From an uncultured Gemmatimonadales bacterium (lineage in GTDB: Bacteria; Gemmatimonadota; Gemmatimonadetes; Longimicrobiales; RSA9), in assembly GCA_963708135.1 (NCBI GenBank), contig OY970192.1:4672001-4736000 (forward strand): a DNA stretch of 64,000 bases. Direction: 5' to 3'. This document shows, one piece after another, positions 1 through 9,344 of the stretch; position 1 is the stretch's first letter, and each line of letters opens with the position of its first letter. The notes below the pieces were generated by a model that made no database searches, was not told the origin of the DNA, and worked only from the letters and a program-made list of their open reading frames with translations. A program made the translations under genes and the position numbers.

Positions 1-632
1 AGGTTGTGGGTGACGAGCAGCACGGTGACGCCACTCCGGCGTGCGAGCTCGGAGAGCAGCTCGAGGATGCGCATCTCGTGGCGGATGTCGAGCGCGGTGG
101 TCGGCTCGTCGAGCACCAGTGCGGCCGGCCGCTGCGCCAGCGCGCGGGCGATCCTCGCCCGCTGCCGCTCGCCCGCGGAGAGGGTGGTCACGGCGCGCTC
201 GGCGAAGCGGGTGACATCGCATCGGGCCATGGCCTCGTCCACGGCGTGCCGGTCCTCGGCCCGCTCGGGGCGCCAGGCGCCGAGGTGCGGGTAGCGCCCC
301 ATGGCGACCAGCTCGCGGACCGACACCGGGAAGACGAACTCCTCGCCCTGGTGCACCACGCCGACCTCCGCCGCGAGCGCGCGGCGCGGCCATTCGGCCA
401 GCGGCCGGGCGCGGTAGCGCACCGCGCCGGCGGAGGGGGCGAGCGCGCCGAGCAGCAGCCGGAGCAGCGTGGACTTGCCGGAGCCGTTCGGCCCCAACAC
501 GGCGGTGAGCGCGGCGGGAGGGACGCGTAGGGAGACGTCGCCTACGGCATCCGCATCGGCACCGGGGTAGCGGAAGCGGAGCCCGGCCGCCTCGAAGACG
601 GCGCCGCCGGCGGGCGCGGGTGCGGCGCTCAT
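1..632 (-). CDS. btuD: ABC transporter ATP-binding protein (cobalamin/iron-chelate, BtuD/FecE-like), runs off the window edge
   Basis: Manual translation of the minus strand from ATG 632: MSAAPAPAGGAVFEAAGLRFRYPG...VLGPNGSGKSTLLRLL (Walker A), later LSAGERQR and LVLDEPT. The start overlaps the permease stop (ATGA). Not in the ORF track because it is truncated. Confidence 0.85.
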   Translation of the reverse strand, partial: MSAAPAPAGGAVFEAAGLRFRYPGADADAVGDVSLRVPPAALTAVLGPNGSGKSTLLRLLLGALAPSAGAVRYRARPLAEWPRRALAAEVGVVHQGEEFVFPVSVRELVAMGRYPHLGAWRPERAEDRHAVDEAMARCDVTRFAERAVTTLSAGERQRARIARALAQRPAALVLDEPTTALDIRHEMRILELLSELARRSGVTVLLVTHN

Positions 633-1636
633 GAGCGGCTGCGGGTGAGGAGCACGACGAAGACCGGGACGCCCACGATCGCGGTGACCACGCCGACCGG
701 GATCTCGGCGGGCGCGGCAATGGTGCGGGCGAGGGTGTCGGCGAGGAGCAGGAAGGCGGCGCCGGCCAGGAACGAGGCGGGCAGCAGCAGGCGGTGGTCG
801 CTTCCCCAGACGAGCCGCAGCGCGTGCGGGATGATGAGGCCGACGAAGCCGATGACGCCGGCCACGGCGACGCCCGCCGCCACCATGAGCGAGGCGACGA
901 GGTACGCGCCGGTCTTCACGCGCTCGACCCGCGTCCCGAGGTAGAGCGCCGTGTCCTCGCCGAGCGCGAGCAGGTTGAGCGGCCGGGCCAGGGCGATGAG
1001 CACGGCCGCGGCAGGGAGCAGGTAGGCGGTGAGCAGCCCGACGGCGGGCCAGGTCGCGGCGGAGAGGCTGCCCATCATCCAGAAGACGGCCGAGCGGAAG
1101 CTCTCGACGTCGGCCAGGGTGAGCAGGAGCAGGATGATGGCGTTGAAGAACGCGCCCACGACCACGCCCGCCAGCAGCAGCACCCGCGTGTCGAGCGCGC
1201 GGCCGACGCCGGCGGCGATGCGGAAAACGAGGAGCACGGCGCCCACCGCGCCCGCGAGCGCGGCGAGTGGAACGCTCCAAGGCGCGCGCACCCCCAGCCC
1301 CAGGACGACGGCGCCCACGGCGCCCACGGCCGCGCCGCCGGAGACGCCCAGGATGTAGGGCTCGGCGAGCGGGTTCCTGAGCAGCGCCTGGAAGACGGCG
1401 CCGCTCAGGGCGAGGCCTCCGCCCACCAGCGACGCCAGTGCGGCGCGCGGCAGCCGGAGCTCGAGCACGATCGTGCGCGCCTCGGCCGTGCCGCCGCCCG
1501 CCAGCGCGGCGAGCACGGCACGGAGCGGCAGGCGCGCGGCCCCGAGCGCGGTCGCGGCGATGAGCGCTGCGCCCAGAATGGCGGCAAGGATCGCGAAGCG
1601 GGCGAGCCCGGCGGGGCCGCGCGCCCTGGCCCTCAT
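629..1636 (-). CDS. btuC: FecCD/BtuC-family ABC permease
   Basis: LRLPRA, LLRNPLAEPYILGVSGGA, GVIGFVGLIIPH and EIPVGVVT motifs. Probable start ATG 1636 overlaps the binding-protein stop. Confidence 0.9.
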   Translation of the reverse strand: MRARARGPAGLARFAILAAILGAALIAATALGAARLPLRAVLAALAGGGTAEARTIVLELRLPRAALASLVGGGLALSGAVFQALLRNPLAEPYILGVSGGAAVGAVGAVVLGLGVRAPWSVPLAALAGAVGAVLLVFRIAAGVGRALDTRVLLLAGVVVGAFFNAIILLLLTLADVESFRSAVFWMMGSLSAATWPAVGLLTAYLLPAAAVLIALARPLNLLALGEDTALYLGTRVERVKTGAYLVASLMVAAGVAVAGVIGFVGLIIPHALRLVWGSDHRLLLPASFLAGAAFLLLADTLARTIAAPAEIPVGVVTAIVGVPVFVVLLTRSRS

Positions 1637-2682
1637 GGCGTGCCTCCGGTCCGGGAGGGATGCAGGAGCGCGGCGAGCCGGCGGGCGGCCTCCGCGATAC
1701 GCGGGCCGGGCCGGTTGGACAGGTAGGGATCGAGCCGCATCACGCGGCCGGCGCGCACGGCGCGGAGAGTTCGCCATCCCGGCAGCGCACGCAGGCGGTC
1801 CAGCGGGTGGGCCCCCTCGCCCGCGACGGCGACGAGGATCACGTCCGGGTCCCGGCGGACGACCTCCTCCACGCTGACCTGCGGCCATTGCGCGCCGGCG
1901 TCCTCCAGGATGTTCCGTGCCCCGGCGATGCCGAGCAGCTCGTCCACGAAGGTGCCCGCCCCCGCGGCCATCGGCGGATCGGTGCCGATGAGGTAGAGCA
2001 CGGTGGGCCGGGGGCGGGCGGCCACCGCCGCCCGCACGGAGTCGAGGCCGGCGCGCAGCTGCGCGTCGAGCGCCGCGGCGCGGCCGGGCAGCCCCAGCAG
2101 CGTGCCCATGTCCCGGGTGACGCGGAACGCGTCCTCGATCGACTGGATCCGCGCCGCGTAGACGGCCACCCCCGCATTGGTCAGGTGGGCGACGAGCGAG
2201 CGCGAGCGCTCGTCCGGCCACGCCACCACCAGGTCGGGGTGGCGGGCCACCAGCCACTCCACGCTGGGGGTGAGCCCGCCGCCGACGGAGGGCAGGTGCG
2301 CGAGCGCCGGCTGGAGGTCGTAGTCGGTGCGCGCCACGATGCGATCGCCGGCGCCCAGGGCCAGGAAGATCTCATTGACGGACGGGATGAGCGAGATGAT
2401 GCGGCGGGCGGGGCGGGCGAGCCGGACTGGCCGGCCGGCGGCATCGGAGACGGAGGGAGGCTCGGAGCTCGGGGTTGGGGGCTCGAGGCTCGGGCTCGGA
2501 GCCTCGGCGGCGGGCACGTTTCCGGCCGCGACGGCGCTGCGAGTGGAGCCCGGGGCTGCTTCCGCGTCGCCGTGCGCGGCCCGGGGGCGGGCGGGGCGCT
2601 CCCCACAGCCGAGCGCGCCGGCGGCCAGCACCGCGGCGAGAGCGGGGCCGAGAAGCAGGGCGATTCTGGAGCGTCCGCGCAA
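1633..2682 (-). CDS. btuF: Periplasmic cobalamin-binding lipoprotein (BtuF-like helical-backbone receptor)
   Basis: RRIISLIPSVNE, PSVEWLVARHPDLV and NRPGPRI motifs. Lipobox ALGC follows a TTG start at 2682 with an AGGAAGGA RBS. Lies downstream of a B12 riboswitch. Confidence 0.85.
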   Translation of the reverse strand: MRGRSRIALLLGPALAAVLAAGALGCGERPARPRAAHGDAEAAPGSTRSAVAAGNVPAAEAPSPSLEPPTPSSEPPSVSDAAGRPVRLARPARRIISLIPSVNEIFLALGAGDRIVARTDYDLQPALAHLPSVGGGLTPSVEWLVARHPDLVVAWPDERSRSLVAHLTNAGVAVYAARIQSIEDAFRVTRDMGTLLGLPGRAAALDAQLRAGLDSVRAAVAARPRPTVLYLIGTDPPMAAGAGTFVDELLGIAGARNILEDAGAQWPQVSVEEVVRRDPDVILVAVAGEGAHPLDRLRALPGWRTLRAVRAGRVMRLDPYLSNRPGPRIAEAARRLAALLHPSRTGGTP

Positions 2683-2791
2683 CGAGGAACCCCGTCCTTC
2701 CTGCGGATGGAAGGGCGGGGCGGAGTGCCGGCCGACGACGGCCGCGCGCGCGTTCCCGGCTCCCCCCATCGAGGAGCGTGTCTCGGGAACG

Positions 2792-2968
2792 AACGAGGCC
2801 GGTCTCCTGGCTCGAGGCGGCGCCGCTCGCCTTCCCGGGACCGGGTCCCAGTGGCACGTAGAGCGGGCCTGCTTCCGGGCGCACGCAGAGCGTGCGCGCC
2901 GGGCCTCTTACAGTGGCGGGGCCGCGCCGGTCTCACACCGGACTTCCGGGAGGCCCCGTTCGTCTATG
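2792..2968 (-). ncRNA. Cobalamin (B12) riboswitch
   Basis: Minus strand reads CCGGAAGTCCGGTG-TGAG-ACCGGCGCGGCCCCGCCACTGTAA ... GCCACTGGG ... GGGAAGG ... GAGCCAGGAGACCGGCC, the conserved B12-element core and B12 box, directly upstream of btuF. Confidence 0.93.
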
Positions 2969-2976
2969 TGGGTGGA

Positions 2977-3005
2977 AGCCTAGCCGCGGGCGGGGGGCGG
3001 CGCAA
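2977..3005 (-). promoter_or_regulatory. Putative sigma70 promoter for the riboswitch-btuFCD transcript
   Basis: TTGCGC (3005-3000), 17-nt spacer, TAGGCT (2982-2977). The predicted start site (~2970) coincides with the riboswitch 5' end. Confidence 0.5.
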
Positions 3006-3214
3006 GGTTTGCGGGCTCCTCGCTGTCTCACGTGGGTTCCGCCGGCCGGCGGCGGCTCGAAACCCGTGTGCGTGTGCACGTGCGTTCCAATCCTCACCCA
3101 CTCGGAACAGCGAGGAGCCGGTTCGCGGTTCGGGCTCGGACTCGCGACGGTGCCCCTGACCTGCCGGCGAGCCTCCCGCGCCTCCGCGACGGCGCGCGTA
3201 CCCGAAGCCGGGGC

Positions 3215-3616
3215 TCACCCCTCCAGCCGCGCCTCCGGGATCTTCGGCTGGAAGAGCTCGACCGGGTTGCCGGATGGGTCCTCGACGATGATCTGCTTCC
3301 CGCCCACTCCATCGACGATATCGTTGCGGAAGCGGGCTCCGGCGGCGCGCAGGCGGGCGACCTCCGCGTCGAGGTCCTCGACCTCGATGGCGAAGCGGTT
3401 CCAGCCGCCGGGCTGCTGGACGGTGCCGTCCGGCATCGCCTGGCCACCGCCCGCGGAAGGGTTCGGCGCGGACAGCACCAGGCGCAGCGCCCCACGCGAG
3501 AGCATGGCGAACGGCGGCGCGGGGTGCATGACCAGCGCGAAGCCGAGCTGCTCGGTGTAGAACGTGATCGCCGCATCGACGTCGCGGACGATGTAGCGGA
3601 CCTGGATCCTGCTCAT
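3215..3616 (-). CDS. VOC/glyoxalase family protein
   Basis: VRYIVRDVDAAITFY ... EVEDLDA ... EDPSGNPVELF. GGAGG RBS. Confidence 0.9.
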   Translation of the reverse strand: MSRIQVRYIVRDVDAAITFYTEQLGFALVMHPAPPFAMLSRGALRLVLSAPNPSAGGGQAMPDGTVQQPGGWNRFAIEVEDLDAEVARLRAAGARFRNDIVDGVGGKQIIVEDPSGNPVELFQPKIPEARLEG

Positions 3617-3694
3617 TGAAGCCTCCCGAGGGGGGGTTCCGCGTGCGCCCGCCCTGTGCGCGTGAACGGGCGGCCTGTTCCGTCCTGCCCGGCC

Positions 3695-4180
3695 TTAGGC
3701 GGGTCGGGCCTCGGGCGGCTCGTCGTCGGCGGGCGGCTCATCGAGCTCGTCCCGTGCGGCGGGCGGGACCGGTGGAGCGCCCTCCGCGGTGGCTCCGCCT
3801 GGCGCGAGGCCGCGGACGTCCACCTCCAGGATCGGGTTCTGCTGGCAGCTGTCGCAGTGGAGCCGGTGCGGCAGGGCGAGCCTGGTCGGCTTCTCCTGCC
3901 GGAGCGGTGAGCCGCACTTGGGGCAGGTGGTCTCGAGGGCGACGAGGGTGTAGCGCTCGCGCCAGTAGTGGATGGCGAAGTAGATGCCGCCGAAGAAGCC
4001 GGCGAGCACCCACGGCACGTGCGGCGGCACGAACATGACGACCGGGATCAGCCCCCAGCCGATGGCCAGCGACACGAGCGCGTGGCTGGCGCGCCAGGAG
4101 GTCGGGCGGGCGATGACCTCGACCCGGGCCGGCGTGGGCTTGAAGCCGAAGAGCTGCGTGTGAGCCGGGGGAGAAGGCAT
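3695..4180 (-). CDS. Hypothetical membrane protein with zinc ribbon
   Basis: Two hydrophobic helices followed by CPKC...CDSC. Protein-like composition. Confidence 0.7.
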   Translation of the reverse strand: MPSPPAHTQLFGFKPTPARVEVIARPTSWRASHALVSLAIGWGLIPVVMFVPPHVPWVLAGFFGGIYFAIHYWRERYTLVALETTCPKCGSPLRQEKPTRLALPHRLHCDSCQQNPILEVDVRGLAPGGATAEGAPPVPPAARDELDEPPADDEPPEARPA

Positions 4181-4223
4181 GGCGGAGGATCGGGGACTCA
4201 GGATTCGGGGACGAGCGCGCCCA

Positions 4224-5360
4224 TCAGTGGCCGGTGTCCGGCGATGGGTGGAGCGGGCGGCCGAGGAGCGGGGGGCGGCCGGGTGGGTGGGCGGCGCCGG
4301 CGGTGTTGGATGCGCCGGCCGGAGCCACGACCCCGGCCGCGCTGTCGGCGGCGGCGCTGTCTGCCGCCGTCATGGGCGAGGCGCCGCCCTCGCAGCGGTC
4401 CAGGAAGACCTGCCGCCAATTGCCGTCTACCTTGCCAATGCCCTCCCACCAGCTGGTCGTGGTGCCGTAGACGTGCATGAGCAGCTCGACCTGGTTGTCG
4501 CGGTTCCAGTCCAGGTAGTCGATCAATTTGGGGGCGGCCTTGCCGCCGCTGGCGTAGTCGTGGAACTGCACGAACGTGGTATCGTAGCCGACCTGGCCGC
4601 GCGGAGTGGCGATGAAGAAGAGAGAGTAGCCGACGTCGTCGTAGCCGGGACCGAGGGTGTCGTCCACCAGGAAGGTGGCGCTGAAGGCGGGGTCGGCGGC
4701 GCCGGAGACCGGGAAGGGCTGGAGCTGCTGCATGGCGCGCTGCCAGTTGCCGGGCAGCTGGGCGTGGCGGGCGCGCAGCAGCCGCTCGGCCAGGATCGGG
4801 CCGATCACCTGCATGCCGCGGGTGACCTCGATCGGGCCGCCGATCCGGCTGCTCGGCGCCTGCGTCTTGGCCATCGCGAGGAACTCGGGGAGCTGCTCCG
4901 CGCCCGGCGCGAGCTCGAGTCCGCCTTCGGCGATGGGGACGCGCGGACAGACCGATGCCGGCGGGACGGACGCGGACTGCACGAGGAACGTGCCCACGCG
5001 TTGTCCCTGGTGGAAGAGGGCGAACTCGTTGCCGCGGCGGAGGAAGCGGGCAATGTAGCGGGTGTCGAAGGCCTCCCAGTCCTGGCGGGCCCTTACCGGG
5101 ATCAGCGAGTCGCCGGCCACCTCGCCCAGCGGGATCATGGTGCCGCCCGTGCCGGAGGGCGCGACGTAGTAGAGGACCGGGCCCTGCGGCAGCGACTCCG
5201 CCGGGCCGCCCTCGGCGCTCGCGGCCGCCGGCGCCGTCGCCTTCGGCGGAGGGGGCACGATGGCCACGCTGGCACCGCCCCATTGCACGTTGTCGCAGCC
5301 TCCGGCAACCGTTAGAATCAGGGCCGCCGTCAGCCACGCAGCAACGCGCGGCTTCCTCAT
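4224..5360 (-). CDS. Hypothetical lipoprotein
   Basis: Signal MRKPRVAAWLTAALILTVAGGC (lipobox). A DYLDWNRDNQVE motif resembles a Ca-binding/FG-GAP loop. Confidence 0.8.
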   Translation of the reverse strand: MRKPRVAAWLTAALILTVAGGCDNVQWGGASVAIVPPPPKATAPAAASAEGGPAESLPQGPVLYYVAPSGTGGTMIPLGEVAGDSLIPVRARQDWEAFDTRYIARFLRRGNEFALFHQGQRVGTFLVQSASVPPASVCPRVPIAEGGLELAPGAEQLPEFLAMAKTQAPSSRIGGPIEVTRGMQVIGPILAERLLRARHAQLPGNWQRAMQQLQPFPVSGAADPAFSATFLVDDTLGPGYDDVGYSLFFIATPRGQVGYDTTFVQFHDYASGGKAAPKLIDYLDWNRDNQVELLMHVYGTTTSWWEGIGKVDGNWRQVFLDRCEGGASPMTAADSAAADSAAGVVAPAGASNTAGAAHPPGRPPLLGRPLHPSPDTGH

Positions 5361-5617
5361 GGAACCGCTTCGATCAGGACGACGTCGCCGCCTGCCGTGT
5401 GCCGCCCGAGAAGCCGCACGCTCGTTTCTCCCGGTTCGTTGTGCTCCGATGGGGGCCGTCCACCCGGTGTCTGCACGGCCCGGGAAACGGGGACCGCAAG
5501 TTAGGAACCCCCCTTGCGCGGCGCAACGCGGGGCAGAGCGTGATCTCGGGGGAGCGAATGGATCTGGATTCGGGCGGACGGGGGCTGGGGCGAGAGCGCG
5601 GACCGGGCTGGGAGATC

Positions 5618-6097
5618 ATGGCGGTAGAACCGGCGGAGTTCCGCAGGATCCTGGGACACTGGACCACGGGGGTCTCGATCGTGGCGACGATGCGCGCCGA
5701 CGGCGTGCCGTGCGGCCTCACGGCGAACGCGGTGGCCTCCGCGTCGCTCACGCCGCCGCTGGTTCTGGCCTGCATCGAGAGCGTCGCCGACACACACGAC
5801 TTCATCCGCGAGAGCGGCTGCTTCTCGGTCAACGTGCTGAACGCCGGGCAGGAGCGGCTGGCGCGCCGCTTCGCCACGTGGGAGGCCTCCGGCAAGTTCG
5901 CGGGCGTGGCCTACCGGACCGAGGCGACGGGCGCGCCGGTGCTCGAGGACGCGCTCGCCTGGGTGGACTGCCGGCTGACGGCCGAGCACGTCGCGGGAGA
6001 CCACACGATCTACGTCGGCGAGGTGGTGGCGGGAGACGCCGTCGAGGGGACGCCGCTCGTCTACTACCGCGGCGGCTACGGCCGCTTCCTGCCGTGA
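5618..6097 (+). CDS. Flavin reductase (HpaC/RutF-like)
   Basis: FRRILGHWTTGVSIV, SASLTPPLVLAC, AGDHTIYVGEV and PLVYYRGGY motifs. GGGAGA RBS before ATG 5618. Confidence 0.92.
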   Translation: MAVEPAEFRRILGHWTTGVSIVATMRADGVPCGLTANAVASASLTPPLVLACIESVADTHDFIRESGCFSVNVLNAGQERLARRFATWEASGKFAGVAYRTEATGAPVLEDALAWVDCRLTAEHVAGDHTIYVGEVVAGDAVEGTPLVYYRGGYGRFLP

Positions 6098-7413
6098 TCG
6101 ATCCGGCGCGCCACGCGGCGGCGCGCGCCGTGGGCGCCCTCGTGGCCGGCGTCGCGCTGGGTGTGGCGGTCACGGCGGGCGGGGCGCTGCTGCTCTATAC
6201 CGGGATCGGCGTGCTGCCGTCCACCGGCTTCCTGCTTGCCCTGGCCCTCGGCGCGCTGGCCGCCGGCGTCTGGATCGGGCCGCCGGCCGCGCGGGACGGC
6301 GCCCCGTCCAGCCGCGGCCGGTGGAACCTCGCGGTCCTCCTCTTCGGCATCGCGGGCATCTACGCCGAGGCCTGGGCGGAGTCCGAGCCACTGCGCCGGA
6401 GTGACCTCGGCCGCGCCGTCGCGGCGCTGCTGCTGGTGGCCGCGCCCGCCTACGCGGCGGGCGCGCTGCTCATCGCGCTCGCCGGCCGGGAGCGTGCCGC
6501 GCGCGGGCCGGCGGGCTCCGGGCGCAGCGCGCTGCTCGCGCTCGCGGGCGCGGCGGCCGGCGCGCTCCTGTCCACGCTGGTCCTGATCCCGCGGCTCGCG
6601 CCCGCGGCGGTGTTCCTGGGCAGCGCGGCCGCGCTGGCGCTCACGGGAGTGTACGAGAGCGTGCTCGGCGCGAGCGGGCGCGCGGGAGGAGGAGCCATGC
6701 AGGACAGCGTCGCGCTGGTGACGGGGGTGGGCGGCGAGGGCCAGGTGGGCTGGGCGGTCGCGCGTGCGCTCGCCGCCGCGGGCGCGCGGGTCGTCGCCGT
6801 GGCCTTCCACGCGGACACGGATGCGCTGGCCCGCGCCATCGCGGACGCCGCGGGGGCCGGCGAGGTGGTCGGGGCAAACATCGACCTGACGGACGCGGCT
6901 GCCGTGGACGCGCTCATGGACGGGATCCGGGACCGGTTCGGCCGGTTGGATGCGGTGGTCAACGTCGCCGGCGGGCTGTCCGTGATGAAGCCCGTCGAGG
7001 CGACGACGCCCGAGGAGTGGGACCGGGAGCTGGCCCGCAACGCGCGCACCGCGTTCCTCGTCTCGCGCGCCGCGTTGCCGCTGCTGCGCGAGTCGCGCGG
7101 CGCCATCGTGAGCTTCGCCTCGCCCGCGGGGGAGCGGGCCGGCGCGTCGCTCTCCGCGTACAGCGCGGGCAAGGCGGCCGTGCTCGCGCTGACGCGCTCG
7201 CTCGCGCTGGAGGAGCGGGGGCGGGTGCGCGTCAACGCGGTGGCGCCGGGGACGATCGACACGGAGCAGAACCGGCGCTCCATGCCGGACGCCGACCGCA
7301 CGAAGTGGGTGGGGCGTGACCAGGTGGTGGACGCGGTGCTGTTCCTGCTGGGACCCGCGGCGGCGGGGATCACGGGGGAGACGCTCCACGTCGTGGGAGG
7401 CGGCATCGCGTGA
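6094..7413 (+). CDS. Multi-TM membrane domain fused in frame to a short-chain dehydrogenase/reductase
   Basis: GTG 6094 overlaps the upstream stop. About 200 hydrophobic aa, then an SDR (LVTGVGGEGQVG, NVAGG, YSAGK, VNAVAPG). Internal GGAGGAGG + ATG at 6697. Confidence 0.8.
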   Translation: MIDPARHAAARAVGALVAGVALGVAVTAGGALLLYTGIGVLPSTGFLLALALGALAAGVWIGPPAARDGAPSSRGRWNLAVLLFGIAGIYAEAWAESEPLRRSDLGRAVAALLLVAAPAYAAGALLIALAGRERAARGPAGSGRSALLALAGAAAGALLSTLVLIPRLAPAAVFLGSAAALALTGVYESVLGASGRAGGGAMQDSVALVTGVGGEGQVGWAVARALAAAGARVVAVAFHADTDALARAIADAAGAGEVVGANIDLTDAAAVDALMDGIRDRFGRLDAVVNVAGGLSVMKPVEATTPEEWDRELARNARTAFLVSRAALPLLRESRGAIVSFASPAGERAGASLSAYSAGKAAVLALTRSLALEERGRVRVNAVAPGTIDTEQNRRSMPDADRTKWVGRDQVVDAVLFLLGPAAAGITGETLHVVGGGIA

Positions 7414-9338
7414 GTCGCGCGGTCGCGATCGGGCGCGTGGTCGGGACGGAGAAGAAGCCGAGCACGCCCCACGAGTTCCGCTTCTGGACCGGCCCGGAGG
7501 CCGGCGTCGGGATCGGCACGCTCGTGAAGGTCGTGGCCGGGGGCCCGAGCCCGGTCACCGTCTATGGCATCGTGGTGGACGGCGCGAGCTGGGGCGAGCG
7601 CGAGACGGCGCTCGAGGACTACACGATCCGGGAGGGCGACCCGGCCGGCCGGGGCTCCGCGGGCGCGGCGTCGCCGGAGGTCCGCGTCTACACCGCCGCC
7701 GTCCTGCGCCACGAGCCCGCCGAGCCGCTCCGGCCGGTGCCCGCCGGGCCCGTCTACCCGCTCGAGGAGGCGGAGGTGGCGGTGGCGCTTCGGATGGACG
7801 CGTACGCGCGCCCGGGCGGCACCGGCATCCCGGCGGGGCTGCACGTTACCGGCGGGCAGGGGAGCCCGATCTTCCTCGACGCCGACTTCCTGCTCGGTCC
7901 CGAGGCCGCGCACCTGAACATCACGGGCGTCAGCGGCCTCGCGACCAAGACCTCCGCCGTGCTGTTCCTGCTGGCTTCGCTGTTCGAGCACCTGCCCGCG
8001 GAGAAGGGGCGCGTGGCCGCGCTCTGCTTCAACGTGAAGGGGCCCGACCTGCTGTTCCTCGACCGGCCCGGCGAGATCGGCGAGGCGGACCGACGCATGT
8101 ACGATCTGCTGGGCGTGCCCGCCGCCCCGTTCCGCGACGTGCACTACTACGCGCCCTACAAGGCCGACGGCTACAACCTGAACACGCTGCGCACGCACGA
8201 GGCGCTCGAGCATAATGTGGCGCCGCTCGTATGGGGGCTCGAGCAGATCCTGGAGTTCGCGGAAGTGCTGCTCACGCGCGACAATGTGGATGCCAAGGCG
8301 GACGCGCTGCTCGAGCTGATTCGCGACCGCGTGGCGGGGCACGATTGGGACGAGGGCACGAGCCGCCGGCACACGGTGCGCACCTTTCAGGACCTCGAGG
8401 CCTGGTTCGGCGATGTGCTTGCGGCGTGCGAGCGGCAGAACCTGCAGGTGTGGAAGACGCACCACGTGGCCACGATCCGGAAGGTCCGCAACCGCCTGCT
8501 CAACCTGACCACGCGCGCCAAGGGGCTGGTCTCCGACGATGCCAGCGTGAGCGACCTGCCGTGGGGCGAGCTGCGCGACCGCGCGGTCTACGTGGTGGAC
8601 GTGGCCAACGTCGAGCCGGACGCGCAGGATCTCATCTTCGCGCGCGTCGTGACGGAGGCGCGCGAGCGGCTCGAGTCGAACCGGCTCGGCGTGGACCACC
8701 TCGTCGTCTTCGTGGACGAGCTGAACAAGTACGCGCCGGCCGACGGGCTCGACACCTACGTCCGCCAGATGCTGCTGGACGTGAGCGAGCGCGGCCGCTA
8801 CCTCGGTCTGGTGCTCTTCAGCGCGCAGCAGTTCCGCAGCCAGGTGCACCGGCGCGTGGTCGGCAACGCGGGCACCGCCCTCTATGGCCGCATGGACCTG
8901 GACGAGCTCGCCACGCCCGGCTACGCCGTGCTCTCCCAGTCGACGAGGGCCCGGCTCGCCACGCTGCCCAAGGGCGAGCTGATGGTGCGCCACCCGCACT
9001 TCACGCAGCCGGTCTTCCTCCGCTTCCCCCGCCCCGCCGTGCTGCCGGGCCGCGAGGGCGTGCGCCGCTTCGAGCCCGCGCACGAGCTGCCGCTCGAGGA
9101 CGCCGTCGCCCGGCTGCTCCGGCGGCTGGACCGCTCGGTCTCTGCCAACGAGGTGAAGGACCTGATCGCCGGCCGCGACGAGGCCGAGGTGCTCGCCGCG
9201 CTGCACCGCACGCAGCAACTCCGCCCCGCCGGCGTGCTGGCGTTCTTCCGGGGCTGTCTTCGCAAGCGCCCCGCCCGCGAGGTGGTGTCCGCTCCCCGGC
9301 CCGTGCCGGTGGAGCTGCCGGAGGACCCGTATGCGTAG
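7410..9338 (+). CDS. herA: HerA/FtsK-family ATPase (bacterial HerA type)
   Basis: N-terminal HAS-barrel-like region, HLNITGVSGLATKTS variant Walker A, FNVKGPDLL, VVFVDELNKYAP Walker B, ERGRYLGLVLFSAQQ arginine finger. Confidence 0.85.
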   Translation: MSRAVAIGRVVGTEKKPSTPHEFRFWTGPEAGVGIGTLVKVVAGGPSPVTVYGIVVDGASWGERETALEDYTIREGDPAGRGSAGAASPEVRVYTAAVLRHEPAEPLRPVPAGPVYPLEEAEVAVALRMDAYARPGGTGIPAGLHVTGGQGSPIFLDADFLLGPEAAHLNITGVSGLATKTSAVLFLLASLFEHLPAEKGRVAALCFNVKGPDLLFLDRPGEIGEADRRMYDLLGVPAAPFRDVHYYAPYKADGYNLNTLRTHEALEHNVAPLVWGLEQILEFAEVLLTRDNVDAKADALLELIRDRVAGHDWDEGTSRRHTVRTFQDLEAWFGDVLAACERQNLQVWKTHHVATIRKVRNRLLNLTTRAKGLVSDDASVSDLPWGELRDRAVYVVDVANVEPDAQDLIFARVVTEARERLESNRLGVDHLVVFVDELNKYAPADGLDTYVRQMLLDVSERGRYLGLVLFSAQQFRSQVHRRVVGNAGTALYGRMDLDELATPGYAVLSQSTRARLATLPKGELMVRHPHFTQPVFLRFPRPAVLPGREGVRRFEPAHELPLEDAVARLLRRLDRSVSANEVKDLIAGRDEAEVLAALHRTQQLRPAGVLAFFRGCLRKRPAREVVSAPRPVPVELPEDPYA

Positions 9339-9344
9339 CCGGCC

